Of a stretch of DNA of 64,000 nucleotides, positions 27,421 through 42,710 are shown in pieces. The stretch lies in NCBI GenBank assembly GCA_951406725.2, contig OX597825.1, positions 63,364,001-63,428,000 of the forward strand, read 5' to 3'. The translations under genes were made by a program, and so were the position numbers. Each line of letters starts with the position of its first letter. Position 1 is the stretch's first letter. This DNA is from Octopus vulgaris (Eukaryota). The notes beneath the pieces are model-generated. The model was given only the letters and a program-made list of their open reading frames with translations, was not told where the DNA came from and ran no database searches.

Positions 27421-27759
27421 TATATCTACAGACAAATGTGATGCATGAGGCAGCGATTAATATAGACATCTGTGCTGTATCACATAGAGAAACAACAGTA
27501 AAAAGTCATGGTAGAGTTGCATCGTACATCCCTGAAAGTGCCTAACCAATGAGCCTGTTTTCCCATAAACACATGCGCTATATTTTCGTTCTCCACTTGT
27601 TTATTACTGTTCTTATTTTAATTCATATCCATTGTCCAGAAATCTTTCGTCACACATCTATGACCTCTTCAGCGACACTTTCTGTCCTCGTGTGTGCTCC
27701 TGCTCTGCTTAGCCCATACACTTTTACAGTCCAAATTGCTTAACTCATAAACTTCTGTA

Positions 27760-27770
27760 CATCTCTCTCT

Positions 27771-27838
<68 letters not shown>

Positions 27839-27999
27839 AAAGGGCTTAGTAAAATAAATTACTTTGCCGCATACTGAACTCATTAGAAATAGCAGCTAAA
27901 AAAAACCTTTTTTAAATTTGAATTCGCCTTAAATGGTCCCTTTGTATACTGAATACTTGGTGAAATTGATTAATTAATTAATTTTACCCTCAATTGTTG

Positions 28000-28042
<43 letters not shown>

Positions 28043-28125
28043 GTAGATATATATATATAAATATATATACACATATATATATAAATATATATATGTATAT
28101 ATATACATATATATATAAATATATG

Positions 28126-28156
<31 letters not shown>

Positions 28157-28267
28157 GTATATGTATATGTATATATATATATGTATATGTATATATATAC
28201 ATACATACATATATATATATATATACACATATATATATATGTATATATATATGTATATATATATGTG

Positions 28268-28330
<63 letters not shown>
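27760..28330. repeat. (CT)n/(TA)n microsatellite field with a 170-bp unique island
   Basis: Direct reading; island at about 27832-28003. Confidence 0.9.
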
Positions 28331-28333
<3 letters not shown>

Positions 28334-28341
28334 TGTATACA

Positions 28342-28556
28342 TACGATGGGGTGCTGAATATTTCTTGGCTTTGGGTAAAAGAAAATACAAGAAAATCGGT
28401 TAATTATGATTTTATTCAACATATTTTCCTCTCAGATTCACACATTGCAGCAGGCTTTGAGTTTTTCTAAGCCCTGTTAAAGAATTCAGACGTTTGGGCC
28501 TCTAATCAGGCCTTTCGTGAGGCCCTCAAAGCTAGGGATCTTTCAGCAATTCTTCT
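28342..28556. mobile_element. Mariner-type MITE, second copy
   Basis: tacgatggggtgctgaa...gctttgggtaaaagaaaatac shared with 16915-17096. Confidence 0.78.
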
Positions 28557-28760
28557 CAAATGCACACATTTATACGCCGACTTGCATAATTTTACAGGAA
28601 TATTATCAAGTGCACGAACACTCGTACACATAATTTATTCTCCAAAATATAGATTATAGACGACTTAAGAAGTACATATATACGCGTACATACTTATTAC
28701 ACCTTGGTCGCATGAAAAGAAATTAATATGTTCACACACAGAGATTCATAAATATATGCG

Positions 28761-28817
<57 letters not shown>

Positions 28818-29268
28818 ATATGTATATATGTGTACATATATATATATATATATATGCATATGTATGTATACATATATATATGCATATGTAGGCATGTGTT
28901 CATACATATATACGTACATATAAATGTATATATGTATATGAATATACATGTATATATATATACATATGTATATATAACTTACACACACACAATCACACAC
29001 ATATATATATGCATGCATACATCGACAGAGACTCACACACACTACGCACGCACAAGACACACAAACACATATGGGATATAATAGTAACTCGTAAGATTGC
29101 TTCTATCCATACACAAATATTTTTGGGCAGCGAATCAAATGAATAGCTTGATATGTCAGTTTGCAGCAACACTGTATGTTAATACCATAGTTCACATTGC
29201 AGAATTCGTTGAAAAACTACAGAAAATATTCTAAATCTGGGCGAGCAGTGTATTGTTAGTATGTTCGA

Positions 29269-29760
29269 AAGGTCACCATTGCAAAGAACAAAGTACTTGT
29301 TAATAATAGAGACCGCGAGAAAGTTGCACTGCTGAGAACTGAGTTGGCTCGGCATATTCTTTAGTTCTTTATCTTAGCTGTCACAGAATACCAACTTCAC
29401 AGTTCATTATTCTATGTCTTTCGTGTCGTCTTTGTTTTGTATGAACAGGGATTCAATGCTTTTGTTTTTTTTTGTTTTTTTTCATTTGAAGTTATATCGT
29501 TGGTGGATCAAGGAATTTATTGAACGTGTAGAGCGTCCATTGTATTATCTAGCTGATCAGGAAAGCTAGAGAAGAAATGGTTTACGTACATTAACGCCCC
29601 AGAGAGAAATTTTGCTCTAGTATAATCTCTAAACCGTTCAGAAAAATTTTATATAATAGCACGCGTTGATCTTAGCGAAAAGACCGAGAGGTGACATATA
29701 ATTGTTGGTGTTTATATGCCAGAGTCTTACTGCAAGCGTTCCAGAAGCTGAGCTTAGTAG
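29269..29760 (+). pseudogene. Decayed LINE AP-endonuclease fragment
   Basis: KVTIAKNKV...KVALLRTELARHIL*FFILAVTEYQL then IIARV...IIVGVYMP, resembling APE domains of RTE/CR1-type LINEs. Confidence 0.5.
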
Positions 29761-30589
29761 AAATACTGGAAAAATGGTACCTTGCATTTCTCATTTAATA
29801 ATGTTGCTTAAATTACGAGCATAAATGAATGTACGAAAGGATTTTAGAACTTATCATTAAACTATTTGATGAAGTGTACAAGATGTGTTACATATACAGA
29901 AATAATAAAGAGATAGTATATGTCATCAATTGCAACGATGCACGGTACGTATGATAAAAGTAACAATTTTTGTTACCTACGTGGCTGTATTACTGGTAGT
30001 GCATTTCTAGTGAAGTTATAGTAGCTTGCGAAAGAATGGGCCGGATAAAATACATGGAGTTGCTAACATTGTTGTAAGAAAAGAAAGATTTTAAAATATG
30101 CTTGCTGCTAAGTTTCGGCATGCAATAAATAGTAGTCAAGTGAGTTTAAAATTACAACGTAGTCTTGGAAATGAGTTAATGAAAATATTTTTTACGTCAA
30201 GACTTGTAGAAATGTTTGAGCGTTGAGCGAGATTGTGATATGTTGTAAATGATATTTACGCATGGTGTTCGTTTCAAGTCAATGTAAGTTTGATTTGCAC
30301 ATTCAAGGCATTGTGAAATAAAGTACCAGTCAAATGCTAAAGTTGATATATATATTAACAGAATGCAGGCTAGATGTGCATGCAATTATAGATCCTAAGA
30401 TGAGCTCCTAAAATAAATGACACAAGATCAAAAGAAACAGTGACAACTTGTGATAAAAACCTATCACATCCATCAAACAATAATTGTTACGATGCTAAAA
30501 CAATTATCATGGCAGCGATGATGATAATAAGGATGAGAGTAACGGCGATGAGAATGATAAAGTGGTAGACTCTTATGGTAAAGATTATA

Positions 30590-30650
30590 TGCGTGTGTAT
30601 GTATGTGTATATATATATATATATATATATACCTACATATATATATATAT

Positions 30651-30706
<56 letters not shown>

Positions 30707-30744
30707 CCACATACATACACACACACGCGCACATACACACATGT

Positions 30745-30806
<62 letters not shown>

Positions 30807-31312
30807 ATGTATATCTATCTGTAAATGCTCTATCTATACAGCGTTGGTTTTTTAATCTTATTACGCAAAAATTCTTATATATGTATATATATATACATGC
30901 ATGAATGTATATATACTGGTTACTAGGAAAGATGTAAATGTAATTCAGATTCGCATTAGTTGTGTATATATATGAATAAAACTAAAAAAAAAAGTAGAAA
31001 ACTTTAGGAAAAATAAAACAAGCACGCTGTCTCACACTTAGATAGTATATTTCAAGTGACAGATATATTGTTATTAAATCAAACGAGTAATCTGTATGTT
31101 TATCCTACAAACTATAGATAGCAGTAGCACTCAATTCTCTCTAAAAGTACACCCTGCAATCTTGGAAATTACTTATTGCAGAATAAATATCATTCATATT
31201 CTTCATTATGGAGCTTTACATCTGCTGCTGTGGTCCCGTCGATATCAACTCCATTCGTCATCCTTTCACGGTAGGAAGCACAAAATATCAGTCAAGTATT
31301 AGGATTGATATA

Positions 31313-31405
<93 letters not shown>

Positions 31406-31662
31406 AGAGAGAGAGAGAGATGATTACTTGAATACGTGCTAAGTGTGAATGAGATTATAAAAGATGGCAGAACCAGGTGTGCTGTGATCCAGAAAGGCGC
31501 AATGAAGATATACAAGATCAAGAGAGGAACAGAGATAAATTATGTTTGAGAACAACAAAAGCATTCGAACTTTTATATTTATGAGTGATTATGATGATGA
31601 CAACGACGAGGATTGAGATGAAGACATTAATGATAATGATTCCGTGAGAAATATATATGTGG

Positions 31663-31746
<84 letters not shown>

Positions 31747-31798
31747 GTTTATTTATCTACCTACGTACCTACCTATCTATTTATCCCTCTCTCTCTCA

Positions 31799-31844
<46 letters not shown>

Positions 31845-31845
31845 C

Positions 31846-31876
<31 letters not shown>

Positions 31877-31943
31877 TATAAATATATATGTGCATAGATA
31901 TATATATAAATATATATTCATATACATATACACATTTATACAC

Positions 31944-31976
<33 letters not shown>

Positions 31977-32120
31977 CAAATGTGTGCATTGCTATATATA
32001 TGTATATCTATATGCATGTATGTATATACAAATGTATGCATTTATATACATATATGTATATATATGTATGTATATGTATATATATACATATATATACTTA
32101 CTGTATATATAATACATATA
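30590..32120. repeat. Microsatellite-rich block: (TA)n, (CA)n, (GA)n, (TCTA)n
   Basis: Direct reading; source of many spurious YI/LSIY ORFs. Confidence 0.9.
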
Positions 32121-34817
32121 CGTTTACAGGTGCATATGTACTGATGATTATCGAAGGTATATATATTTTCACCATATTTGTGGATAATTGGTTTCTGATA
32201 TTAAATCGGATTCACATTAGTAGTGTGTGTATACGATTATGAGTAAAAAATGATTAACAAAAACACACACATAAGAAAAATAAACATTTAAAGCCAAAGT
32301 AAAGCACTATGTTTCACATAAATATTAACATATTGTATGTGACAGATAAACAACCATTATTGGAAGCTCTCTTCGAAATTATTCGTGATATAAAGGAAAT
32401 AGAATTTAGAATAGGATAGAAAAAAATAAAGTAGTATTTGATCCTGTAAAAAGGGAAATATCTGACGAAAATAAATAAATAGATATTAGGTAAACTCCAT
32501 TAAATCTTTCCAGTATATTGCTCTGATTTGAACACTTTTACTTATATATTATTTTATAATGAAATTATCTATGCTTCTTTCTTTTGGGGGATTATAATGT
32601 CATTCCACGTCTGCACTACGGTGCGTGCCTTGTAATAGTATCAATTATTTAACAGTCTTATGCTCTTACATCGCTCTATAAGCGTTAATGCTTATGTATC
32701 TGTGAATTCAGGAAAGGGCACGCACTTATATTAACTCCGTTGCCGGATGATGCAACACATTTACACGGTTAAATTTGTAAAGTAAAAGCCAACCAATTGA
32801 TAATAAATAGATAGCGAAATGTAGAGATGTAACGTTATTTTTTTTGAAATACTGCAGGCAAAAATAAAATGAAAACTAAAAGCAAGGAAGAAATATTATG
32901 TAAGCGTTTGAGCACATCGGAGGATATATGTTGTTAAACATATTCAAAATAGTATTGTTGATAGCAAGCTTACTAGGAGTGAAAGAAAAAATACTAAAAT
33001 CAAACTGTCAGTTCAGATATACTCATTAGGAGTAATGTTACAAGAAGTTGAGAATTGAATACAAAACAATAGCTCATTATCTGCATTGAGGTGAAATAAC
33101 ATTCATTGCATGTCACAAGTGATTGATTTGTTTGCTTTACACTGAATTCCCAATATTTCTTTTACACGCAAGAAATACAGCGATAATTATTTTACAATAA
33201 CAGGATGTTGTTGATGTTGTTAGTTTTGTTGTTGGTGTTTTGTTGTTGCTGCTGTTGTTGTCGTTGTTGTTGGGAAAGCATCGATTCAGAAATGGAAGAT
33301 CTCTGGTATAATCTATTTATGAAAAACAATGGTAACTTACTAGCTGTAAAGCTATATTTAACTGGTGCAAGGTGAAATTCGTGGTTTCCAGCCGTGCATG
33401 TTGCTTTGCAAAACCATAAGACTTTCTACATTAGACACAATCATACAGTCACACAGAGACACAGATGCACAGATGCACAGAGAAACAGGCACACATACAC
33501 ACACAGGCACACAGGCACACATATGTTGCACACAGCTTAATAAAACTTTCAACTGATATAGCTATCTGTGCATTATAAATAACGTATATACAGCATAAAC
33601 TGTAGTTTTATCACTTACTCATATCTATCTTTTCTGTCATATGGCATATTCAGTGGAGAAAGCATTTGTGTGACCTTCTTGCGTGACTGATACGTGAGCT
33701 TAACACATGAACACAGACACTAATCAATCTGTACTTTAAAGGAGAGCATTAAAATCAAAAGAATTTTTACCTCAACCAGAAGGAACCTAATTTGCGAAAC
33801 AACTCCATATACTAAACACATTCGAAAATCTCATATTTTAAAGTCTGAATAAATTCTAATTAACTTTAATATATTCCCTGTGTATTTTCAACTTCATGTG
33901 TTCTGTACTTTCAATTCTTGGGAAAAATAACAATTCATATACGTATACATATATGCGCATAAAACACACACACACTCTCACATATATACCCACACATACA
34001 TATCGAAGCGAGGAGAACATTGGCGCAGCAGTAACGCGGGAAATATCAGATGCGTGTCAGGTTTATTGGGTATTCTCAATGAAGTGTACGAGAGCGTCAA
34101 TGAAGTGTACTAGATATATTCAATATATAAGAAACAGTGTGTAATAGTGTAATACATTCACTGATATTGCAGAAAGCTTGCCAGATTGTAAAAAACTCTG
34201 CATATGCAACTGAAACAACATTATTGTGTTTCAAAACTCGGCATATATACACTATTTAGTGATAGGATGGCATATATATTATTGGAGACAAACTTGTTTA
34301 ATAGACATGTACCAAAAATACAGTATATGTATATGGGGACGAGATGCATTAGAAAAGTGATATGGGGGGGGTCTTAGAGATTTTTTCTCTCAGACAAATA
34401 TATACATCATGTTCTACATATATTTGGTATGAAACACACACTCACACACACACACACACACAGAGTAACACACACACACATTCACACACACTCATACACA
34501 CATATAAGTGTGTAAGTATATATATATATATATATTATATTAGAGATAACACCACTATTAGGCAACTCAAACAGTGAAAATCATAAGCCAATACATTGAA
34601 ATAAAATTAATTAAAAAATATAAAAAATATAAAATATAAAATATAAAAATCCAATTAAAATATTTAAATTAAAGTTAAAATTTTAAAAAATTATTTAAAT
34701 TAATAAATTAAACTTATAAATTTAAAATATATATATATATATATATTTATTATTATTTTATTTATTTTATTTTTCTTTAAATTTGAAACTATCAAAAAGT
34801 ATTAAAAGTTTAATATA

Positions 34818-34887
<70 letters not shown>

Positions 34888-35100
34888 ATTCATAGATAAG
34901 CGTATAACAGTAAACATGTACATACATATGCGTATATATATATACATATGTGTGCGTGCGCGTGCGTGCGTGCATAACATATGAGTGTGTAGCAGTTGCG
35001 GAAACCTATTCTAAGTGAGTCAGGTATGAGCTGTATTTTAGTCTGAGGTCAGTATTAATTGAATGGCAAATCAATGGGGACTGAAATACCTTCCCAGTAA

Positions 35101-35310
35101 CTATTTCTTTACTACCCACAAGGGGCTAAACACAGAAAGGACAAACAAGGACAGACAAACGGATTAAGTCGATCATAACGACCCCAGTGCGTAACTGGTA
35201 CTTAATTTATCGACCCCGAAAGGATGAAAGGCAAAGTCGACCTCGGCGGAATTTGAACTCAGAACGTAACGGCAAACGAAATACGGCGTGCTAACGATTC
35301 TGCCAGCTAA
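35101..35310 (-). mobile_element. SINE family A
   Basis: Reverse copy with a small deletion in the head. Confidence 0.88.
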
Positions 35311-35359
35311 CGTCGAACCTTAGTTTTCCCTGACTGAATGATAACGATCTAATACCCCA

Positions 35360-35419
35360 ACTTCTCCTACTCCTCCGCTTCTTCTTCTTCTTCTTCTTCT
35401 TCTTCTTCTTCTTCTTCTT

Positions 35420-35467
<48 letters not shown>

Positions 35468-35822
35468 TTACTACTTTTCTCCTTCTTCTTCTTCTACTAC
35501 TACTACAACTACTTTTTCTTCTTCTTCTCCTTTTTTCCTCCTCCTCTTCTTTTTCTTCTTTTACATCTTTTACTCCCCTTCTCCTCCTCCTCCTTCTCCT
35601 CCTCCTCCAATTACTACTGCTACTACTACTGCTTCTACACCTGCAGGTACCGCTGCTGTTACTATTACTACTACCTCCAACGCCACAATAACAAGAACAA
35701 CCACAACAACCACCACCACCACTGCCGCCGCCATCACTACTACTACTACTTCAATTGTTGCTGTCGTTGCTCCTGATGATACTAACACTGTAGCTACTAC
35801 TACTACTACTACTACTACTACT
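35360..35822. repeat. Trinucleotide repeats (CTT)n/(CTA)n/(CCT)n/(CAC)n
   Basis: Direct reading. Confidence 0.9.
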
Positions 35823-36179
35823 ATAGAAACCCCTAACAGCCGCACTCCTATTTCAGGTCTTTTTGATATGCAGCATCTGAGTAGTTTTCTCTTCATTTGG
35901 CTCCATGGACCATATAACCACATTACATGAAAGCCGAAAATATGCAAGCTTTCATTTAATATAGACAGAATCCAAATACTGAAAACTATTGGTTCCAAGG
36001 ACACACCTTTGTTCTTGTTAGAATTGCACTTTGGTTAATGAATTGCATTTTCATTGCTAGAATTGCACTTTCATTAATGAATAAAACCCTTGAAAATTCT
36101 AGCTTTTAATCAGCTGACGCAAAGAAATATTTACGAAATGCATATTCATCATTTTGATCCGTTAATCTCTACAGATTTT

Positions 36180-36360
36180 TTCTCACTCTCTGTTCTTTAT
36201 TTTCAGTTTGTTTCTTTTTTTATCTCTACATGTTTTTCCTTTCTGTCAAAGAGTAGGCTCGAAACGTCAAAGACTTTTACATTCTTCCCCAGCGTCAAAA
36301 TGATATACCTGTTTGTTGTTACTTCCCCCTTTTCGTCTTTTGTTTTCTGTAAATTTGAAT
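36180..36360 (+). mobile_element. Possible Penelope-like terminal-repeat remnant with a degenerate hammerhead core
   Basis: ctgtcaaagagtaggctcgaaacgtc at 36243-36268 has GAAACGUC and a short gag/ctc stem, but a non-canonical CUGANGA. Confidence 0.4.
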
Positions 36361-36674
36361 AACATGTGTGTACGTGTGTGTGTGTGTGCGTGCATGTCTG
36401 TGTATGCGTGCGTGTATGTATACAGATGGCAGAACAGAGGAAAGTATATAGCACTTGACACATTGTCTAGGAGTTGCGTATTTTAAGTATGTACTAAAAT
36501 GAGCTTCATCAAAGCTAAATTTTACGTGGGTGGTTCGCATATATTTAACTGGAAGTGGAATGATTTCAGTAGCATAAATCTATTAATAATCATGGAATAG
36601 TTTGTGTTCAGATTTGTATTGATTGATTCAATAATAATCATCACATTTATCATAGTTATTATGTCGTCGTCGTA

Positions 36675-37325
36675 AGGCGGCAAGCTGGCAGAAACGTTAG
36701 CACGCCGGGCAAAATGCTTCCGAGTTCAAATTCTGAGTTCAAATACCGCCAAAGTCGACTTAGCCTTTCATCCTTTCGGGGTCGATTAAATAAGTACCAG
36801 TTACGCACTGGGGACGTTATAATCGACGTTATAATCGACGTTATAATACCGTTGTCTATCCTTGTTTGTCCCCTCTTTGTTTAGCCCCTTGTCAGCAATA
36901 AAGAAGAAAGAAACGTTAGCACGCTGGGCGAAATGCTTAACAGTATTTCGTCTGCCGTTACGATCTGAGTTCAAATTCCACCGAGGTCGACTTTGCCTTT
37001 CATCCTTTCAGAGTCGATTAAATAAGTACCAGTTACGCACTGGGGTCGATATAATCGCCTTAATCCCTTTGTCTGTCCTTGTGTATGCCCTCTATGTTTA
37101 GCCCCTTGTGGGAAATAAAGGAATGAGAAACGTTAGCACGCTGGGCAAAATGATTGGCGGTATTTCATCTGTTTTTACGTTCTGAGTTCAAATTCCGCCG
37201 AGGTCGACTTTGCCTTTCAACCTTTCGGGGGTCAATAAATTAAGTACCAGTTGCATACTGAGGTCGATCTAAAAGGCTGGACCCCTCCTTCAGAAATTTC
37301 GGGCCACGTGCCTAGAGTAGAAAAG
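36675..37325 (+). mobile_element. SINE family A trimer
   Basis: Three units, the last with the alternative tail; TSD attatg(t/g)cgtc(g/a)tcgt at 36658-36673 and 37326-37341. Confidence 0.9.
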
Positions 37326-37329
37326 ATTA

Positions 37330-37453
37330 TGGCGTCATCGTTGTCGTCACCGTTGAACTCGTTGTTGACTTCAGTGTTGCTGTCGTCATAGTTAGCTAAT
37401 TCGATATCACATCCATCACCTTCCTCGTCGTCGTCGTCATCATCATCATCCTC

Positions 37454-37485
<32 letters not shown>

Positions 37486-37525
37486 CAATATCATCGTTAT
37501 CGTCATTGTCGTCGTAGTCGTCTTC

Positions 37526-37562
<37 letters not shown>

Positions 37563-37890
37563 TCGTAGTCGTCATCGTCGTCGTCATCATCATCATCATC
37601 ATCATTTTCGTTGTCGTAGTCGCCGTTGTCATCGTCATCGTCCCAATATATTATAGTCTCTTCCCCTTCATTATCATCAACATCATCTTCGTCGTCGTCA
37701 GCAATGCTCCACTGTCGTCGTCATTATTACTATCAGCATCATCATTGCTATCAGCATCATCGCCGTCCCCCACATCATCATTATCGATTTCATCATCGTC
37801 ATCAGAATCATTTTCGTAAGTATTATTATCATTTTCAACGTCATCAACGTTGTCACTATCATGATAAACATCATTGTCATACTAACCATG
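37330..37890. repeat. (CAT)n/(CGT)n low-complexity tract
   Basis: Direct reading. Confidence 0.9.
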
Positions 37891-37923
37891 TCTTTACTTT
37901 AATTTGCTTGTTGTCATTTAATT

Positions 37924-38234
37924 GTGGAGGCACATGGTCTAGTGGTTAGAGCAGCGGACTCACGGTCGAAGGATCACGGGTTCGAGTCTCAGTCTGGGCG
38001 ATGTGCGTGTTTATGAGCGAAACACCAGAGCTCCACGCGGCTCCGGCAGAAAGCAATGACAAACTTCTGCTGATTCTTTCACCACAAATGTCTCTCACTC
38101 TTTCCTCCTTCATCTAGCAGCGCACTTGCGACAGACCGGCGTCCCTACCAGGTGGGAACCTATACGCCAATAAAACCGGGAAACCGGTCTTTATGAGCCA
38201 GGCATGGCCCGAAAAGGCACAAACAACAACAACA
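37924..38234 (+). mobile_element. SINE family C, tail type 3
   Basis: Diverged family C head (gtggaggcacatggtctagtggttagagcagcggactc); distinct tail ending in (aac)n. Confidence 0.82.
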
Positions 38235-38932
38235 TCTAATCTGAAAGTTTCCATCTGCTCTCCTGCTTTCATGCTGTATGTTAATTGATTATCAAGCTAC
38301 ACGGCAAAATCTGGAATTGAACGATTTAACGTTTGAGTACTTTTTAGCACTGAAGGGAAACACATTTGACACACGTAAGCGAGCGGAGAAATATACTCAT
38401 AGCAACAGAATGCGGAAGAGAAAAATGGAGAGAGAGAATGGCGAGGGGAGGATCATTTTTGATATCAAATAAGTTAGTATCAGAGAGCAATGCCAAGTAG
38501 TCTAAGCAAAATCGGCCGTGCTAAAACGTTCTTTACACACTAAATCCACTAAAATCCACTAAAATCCACTAAAATCATTTCTGATATTGTGTAACACATT
38601 TTAATACAACAGTAACAGGGAGCTCAGCAAGTCTCTTTACCACGTGACCTAACACCATCACCTGTAATTCTGTTCAAGTTTCCAATTACAATTTCGTGAC
38701 ATTGTTCTAGAATAATTTGAAATAATCTATAATAATGATAAAATAATAATTACAAATGAAATGAAATATATTCAATTTATATTTTTAGTATTGATTTGAG
38801 ATCAATCCATAAAATTAATTATAATCCAATGGGCAATGCAATATATGCCCGTGGTATGTATGCATATACATGTGAGTATATGTATGTGTGCGTTTCTATA
38901 TCTCTATATCTATATCTATCTATGTATCTATG

Positions 38933-38999
<67 letters not shown>

Positions 39000-39004
39000 A
39001 TCTA

Positions 39005-39069
<65 letters not shown>

Positions 39070-39073
<4 letters not shown>

Positions 39074-39238
39074 AGGCGTGGATGCGTGGTAGGTAGCTTG
39101 CTTTCCAACCACATGGTTCCGGGTTCAGTCTCACTACATGCCACTTTGGGCAAGTGTCTTCTCGTATAGCTTCGCGCCGACCAAATCATTGTGAGTGGAT
39201 TTGGTAGACGGGTAGACGGAAACTGAAAGAAGCCTGTC

Positions 39239-39240
<2 letters not shown>
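39070..39240 (+). mobile_element. SINE family B, 5' half
   Basis: Head to gaagcctgtcg, then (TA)n. Confidence 0.85.
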
Positions 39241-39296
<56 letters not shown>

Positions 39297-39404
39297 AAGT
39301 GATGAATCAAATTTGCTTCATTCTGCACTCGGATATCTATCTATCAATCTATCTTCAATCAATCTATATTTCTACCTATCACCATACGTATATATGTGTG
39401 TGTT

Positions 39405-39449
<45 letters not shown>

Positions 39450-39565
39450 TCATATATAGGTTTAGGTGAACTACAGTGAGTGCTTCATATATAGATAGGT
39501 TTAAATGAATTACAGTGAGTAACTCATTTTAGTACCACTAAATTGAACTTCTCTCTCCTGTGGAC

Positions 39566-39804
39566 TAGAAGGATATCACCTGTCTTTAAACATTAGTTAT
39601 GCCAGTGACTTGCATAGGTATTGATTAAACAAAATAGTCACAACAAGCATGTAGCAAACGAGCTATTTCCTGATGTAATTACAGGCCTTTTTGAGGCACG
39701 AGAGCGTCACTTTAGTGAATAAGACTGCTATTGAAGTGTCTTGTACGCGAGAAAGTTAAATTTTATCTCATTGAAATTGTTATTACGTAATGGCTGAGAG
39801 TGTG

Positions 39805-39844
<40 letters not shown>

Positions 39845-39886
39845 GTGTATATATATATATATATCGATAGATATATATATATATAC

Positions 39887-39958
<72 letters not shown>

Positions 39959-40703
39959 TATACTATATATTATATATATATATAAATATATATAACTAAA
40001 TTTCACGCTAGACCACCGGTAATTGAAATTTCTAATATTTCCGATTACCCTTTGATAATATATGTATATACATATATATATGCACCTATCTTATTGTGAA
40101 AGCTACAGAGATTTGAATGTAGTTATATCTCAGAGACGGATTTCAGACTACAATGCTGATGCATATTTGATGTTACTGCATTTCACTCTTTGAAGAAATA
40201 TCTTATGGAAAGACAGGAGAACCCTTCTGTCCCATCTAGGTACCCACTAAAACATTCAATGTCTATATCCATTGTTAAATATGTCATTCGTGGACCTTCG
40301 TCTTAAATCTGCCTACGGATCATTTTAAATGCAGATCGGATAACACGTGAAAATGTCACTTAAGCTACCATCTGTCTTTCTGTAATATCCATAATGAAAG
40401 TCATCATGAAGAGAACAAAATGACCATCTTCTACTTGTTTGTATCAGAGCTGCACTAATTATAATTTACATTTTCACATATTTCGTGTTAAGATCAAATA
40501 GAAAATGAATAAGGAAATGGTCGCAATAATATCATATTCATTTTCTTATATTCTAAACAAGAGAACTCTCAGTGGTATATACATCAGATCAATATAATAT
40601 ATATGTGCACACACAAACACACATGCACACACAAAGTTACAATACACACACACTTAGATATGTATGTGTGTGTGTACATGTTACATATATATGTATGTAC
40701 ACG

Positions 40704-40780
<77 letters not shown>

Positions 40781-41103
40781 TTGCATAGATATCAATAATT
40801 ACTATACACCTAATCTCCAATTCGTCCTCCCACTATCGATCAATCAAGCTATCTGTTTAACTGCCTGTCTACCTGTCTATTTGTCTGTCCGTCCGTCTGT
40901 CTGTCCACCTATCTATATAATTTTGTGTGGATCTTTTGTTCACGGAAATGCTTTAGGCTTTTGTTGCTCCGATTACGATGCGACCATTATGAACACAAAC
41001 ACACACACACACGTATATATATGTGTATATATAAATATATATATATACATATATGTATATATATATATGTATATACCTATATATGTATATACATATATAT
41101 ACG

Positions 41104-41134
<31 letters not shown>

Positions 41135-42215
41135 TTACATATGCTTGTGTGGTATATATACATAGCCTATATTTTATTCTAAATTCCTTGTAGTAAAGCA
41201 TAACAATTAGAATTGTTACTAAAACAGTTACGTAGTTCTCATTTCTAAACTTTGGAGAAATAGGAAATATGATTAGTCTATTTTTACAATATAGCTCCTG
41301 GTAAATACACCTCAATTGTCTTTCATCTCTATTGTCAAAAGAATCAACTCTATAATTATTCTAATGATGAACTTGTTTGTATTGCAATCATGGAGACAAT
41401 TTTCACCATAGTACTTTTACAACATGTTAAATGTGTGCCACGTTCTTTAGTAAATATGATCAAAGATAGTATTTTCAAATTACACGTGTTATATATAATG
41501 ATATATTGCTATCATCGAACAATTATTTTCATAACTATTGTTAGAATTACAGAAATAACAAACAAAACAATACGGTTTTTTAAATCAATATTTTATTTTC
41601 TATTGTTAACATAGCTAATCTATGTGTATTTATTGTTGGATAGTGTACTACATTACATTTTCCTATTATTTCACAATCAGCATCTGATCAATGTCTAGTC
41701 GACAGATGAAAACTAAATGCTGCAGAGAAGCCAGAGTAAACGGTTTAACTAGAAACATAATGCAATTGCCTATATTAGGTTGCAATCACCTCATTGTCCT
41801 TGAGTAAGAAGTCTGATACTTTAGTCACCAAAGGATTACCATTGTTAAGGAATGGTTCATTGGCGGTTTTAGGTTAATTTCATTCCAAAGGGAGAACCGT
41901 GATTCCTTTGAAACCGAAAGGTAATTATTAGTTCCAAGTATGATTGGATATGAAAGTGTTCCGAAATAATCTCTTGCACATTCTCAGCCATTACGTAATA
42001 ACAATTTCAATGAGATAAAATTTAACTTTCTCGCGTACAAAGCACTTCAATGGCAGTCTTATTCACTGAAGTGACGCTCTCGTGCCTCAAAAAGGCCTGT
42101 AATTACATCAGGAAATAGCTCGTTTGCTACATGCTTGTTGTAACCATTTTGTTAAATCATTACCTATGCAAGTCGCTGGCATAACTAATGTTTCAAGACA
42201 GGTGATATCCTTCTA
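39566..42215. repeat. 242-bp inverted repeat pair (39566-39807 and 41974-42215), possible long-TIR element
   Basis: Arms roughly 95% identical by eye; both outer ends are TA (tagaaggatatc ... gatatccttcta). Confidence 0.8.
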
Positions 42216-42710
42216 TTATACTGAAATAATTCATTGTTCGTATTGGGTTAATGCTATACTGTACACGTTCTTGTCAAACATAATTGCATACGTGAATACA
42301 AAACAGATGAGCTTAGGAGGATTATTTTAAAAGAAGGAAAAATGCCATAAAGCCGTTCAGTTTTTTGAAAATAGAAAACACTTGAAGTGAGAATTATAGA
42401 GCGAAAGACACTGGGAAGGCTTCAATGGAAATTGTACAGTTCTGTTATAGGAAGCAGACTAAGTGTATAAAAATATAAGCATGCAAAATATTCCGATTAA
42501 GAAATAGAAAGTGTGTGAAGAGAAACGGGTAAAAGGAAATATATATGACAGAGTTGAGAAAAATTAAACGTTTATCTGATTGTATTCAATAAAACTCTAA
42601 AAGACGTTATGATATTTAGAATGCGATGTGGCAGCTAAGTACCGTTTGCTGAAACAGACAGAAAGATACAAAAACATACATGCCGATATAAATGATATAT
42701 ATGTATGTTA

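Noticed and set aside
34595-34820. Almost pure A/T non-periodic tract as a possible origin or matrix-attachment region
   Set aside because: It adjoins (TA)n and looks like a decayed or mis-called microsatellite; nothing supports a function.
35570-36004. 144-aa hydrophobic ORF resembling a membrane protein
   Set aside because: Poly-V/A/G come from (CTA)/(CAC)/(CCT) repeats; no domain or splice support.
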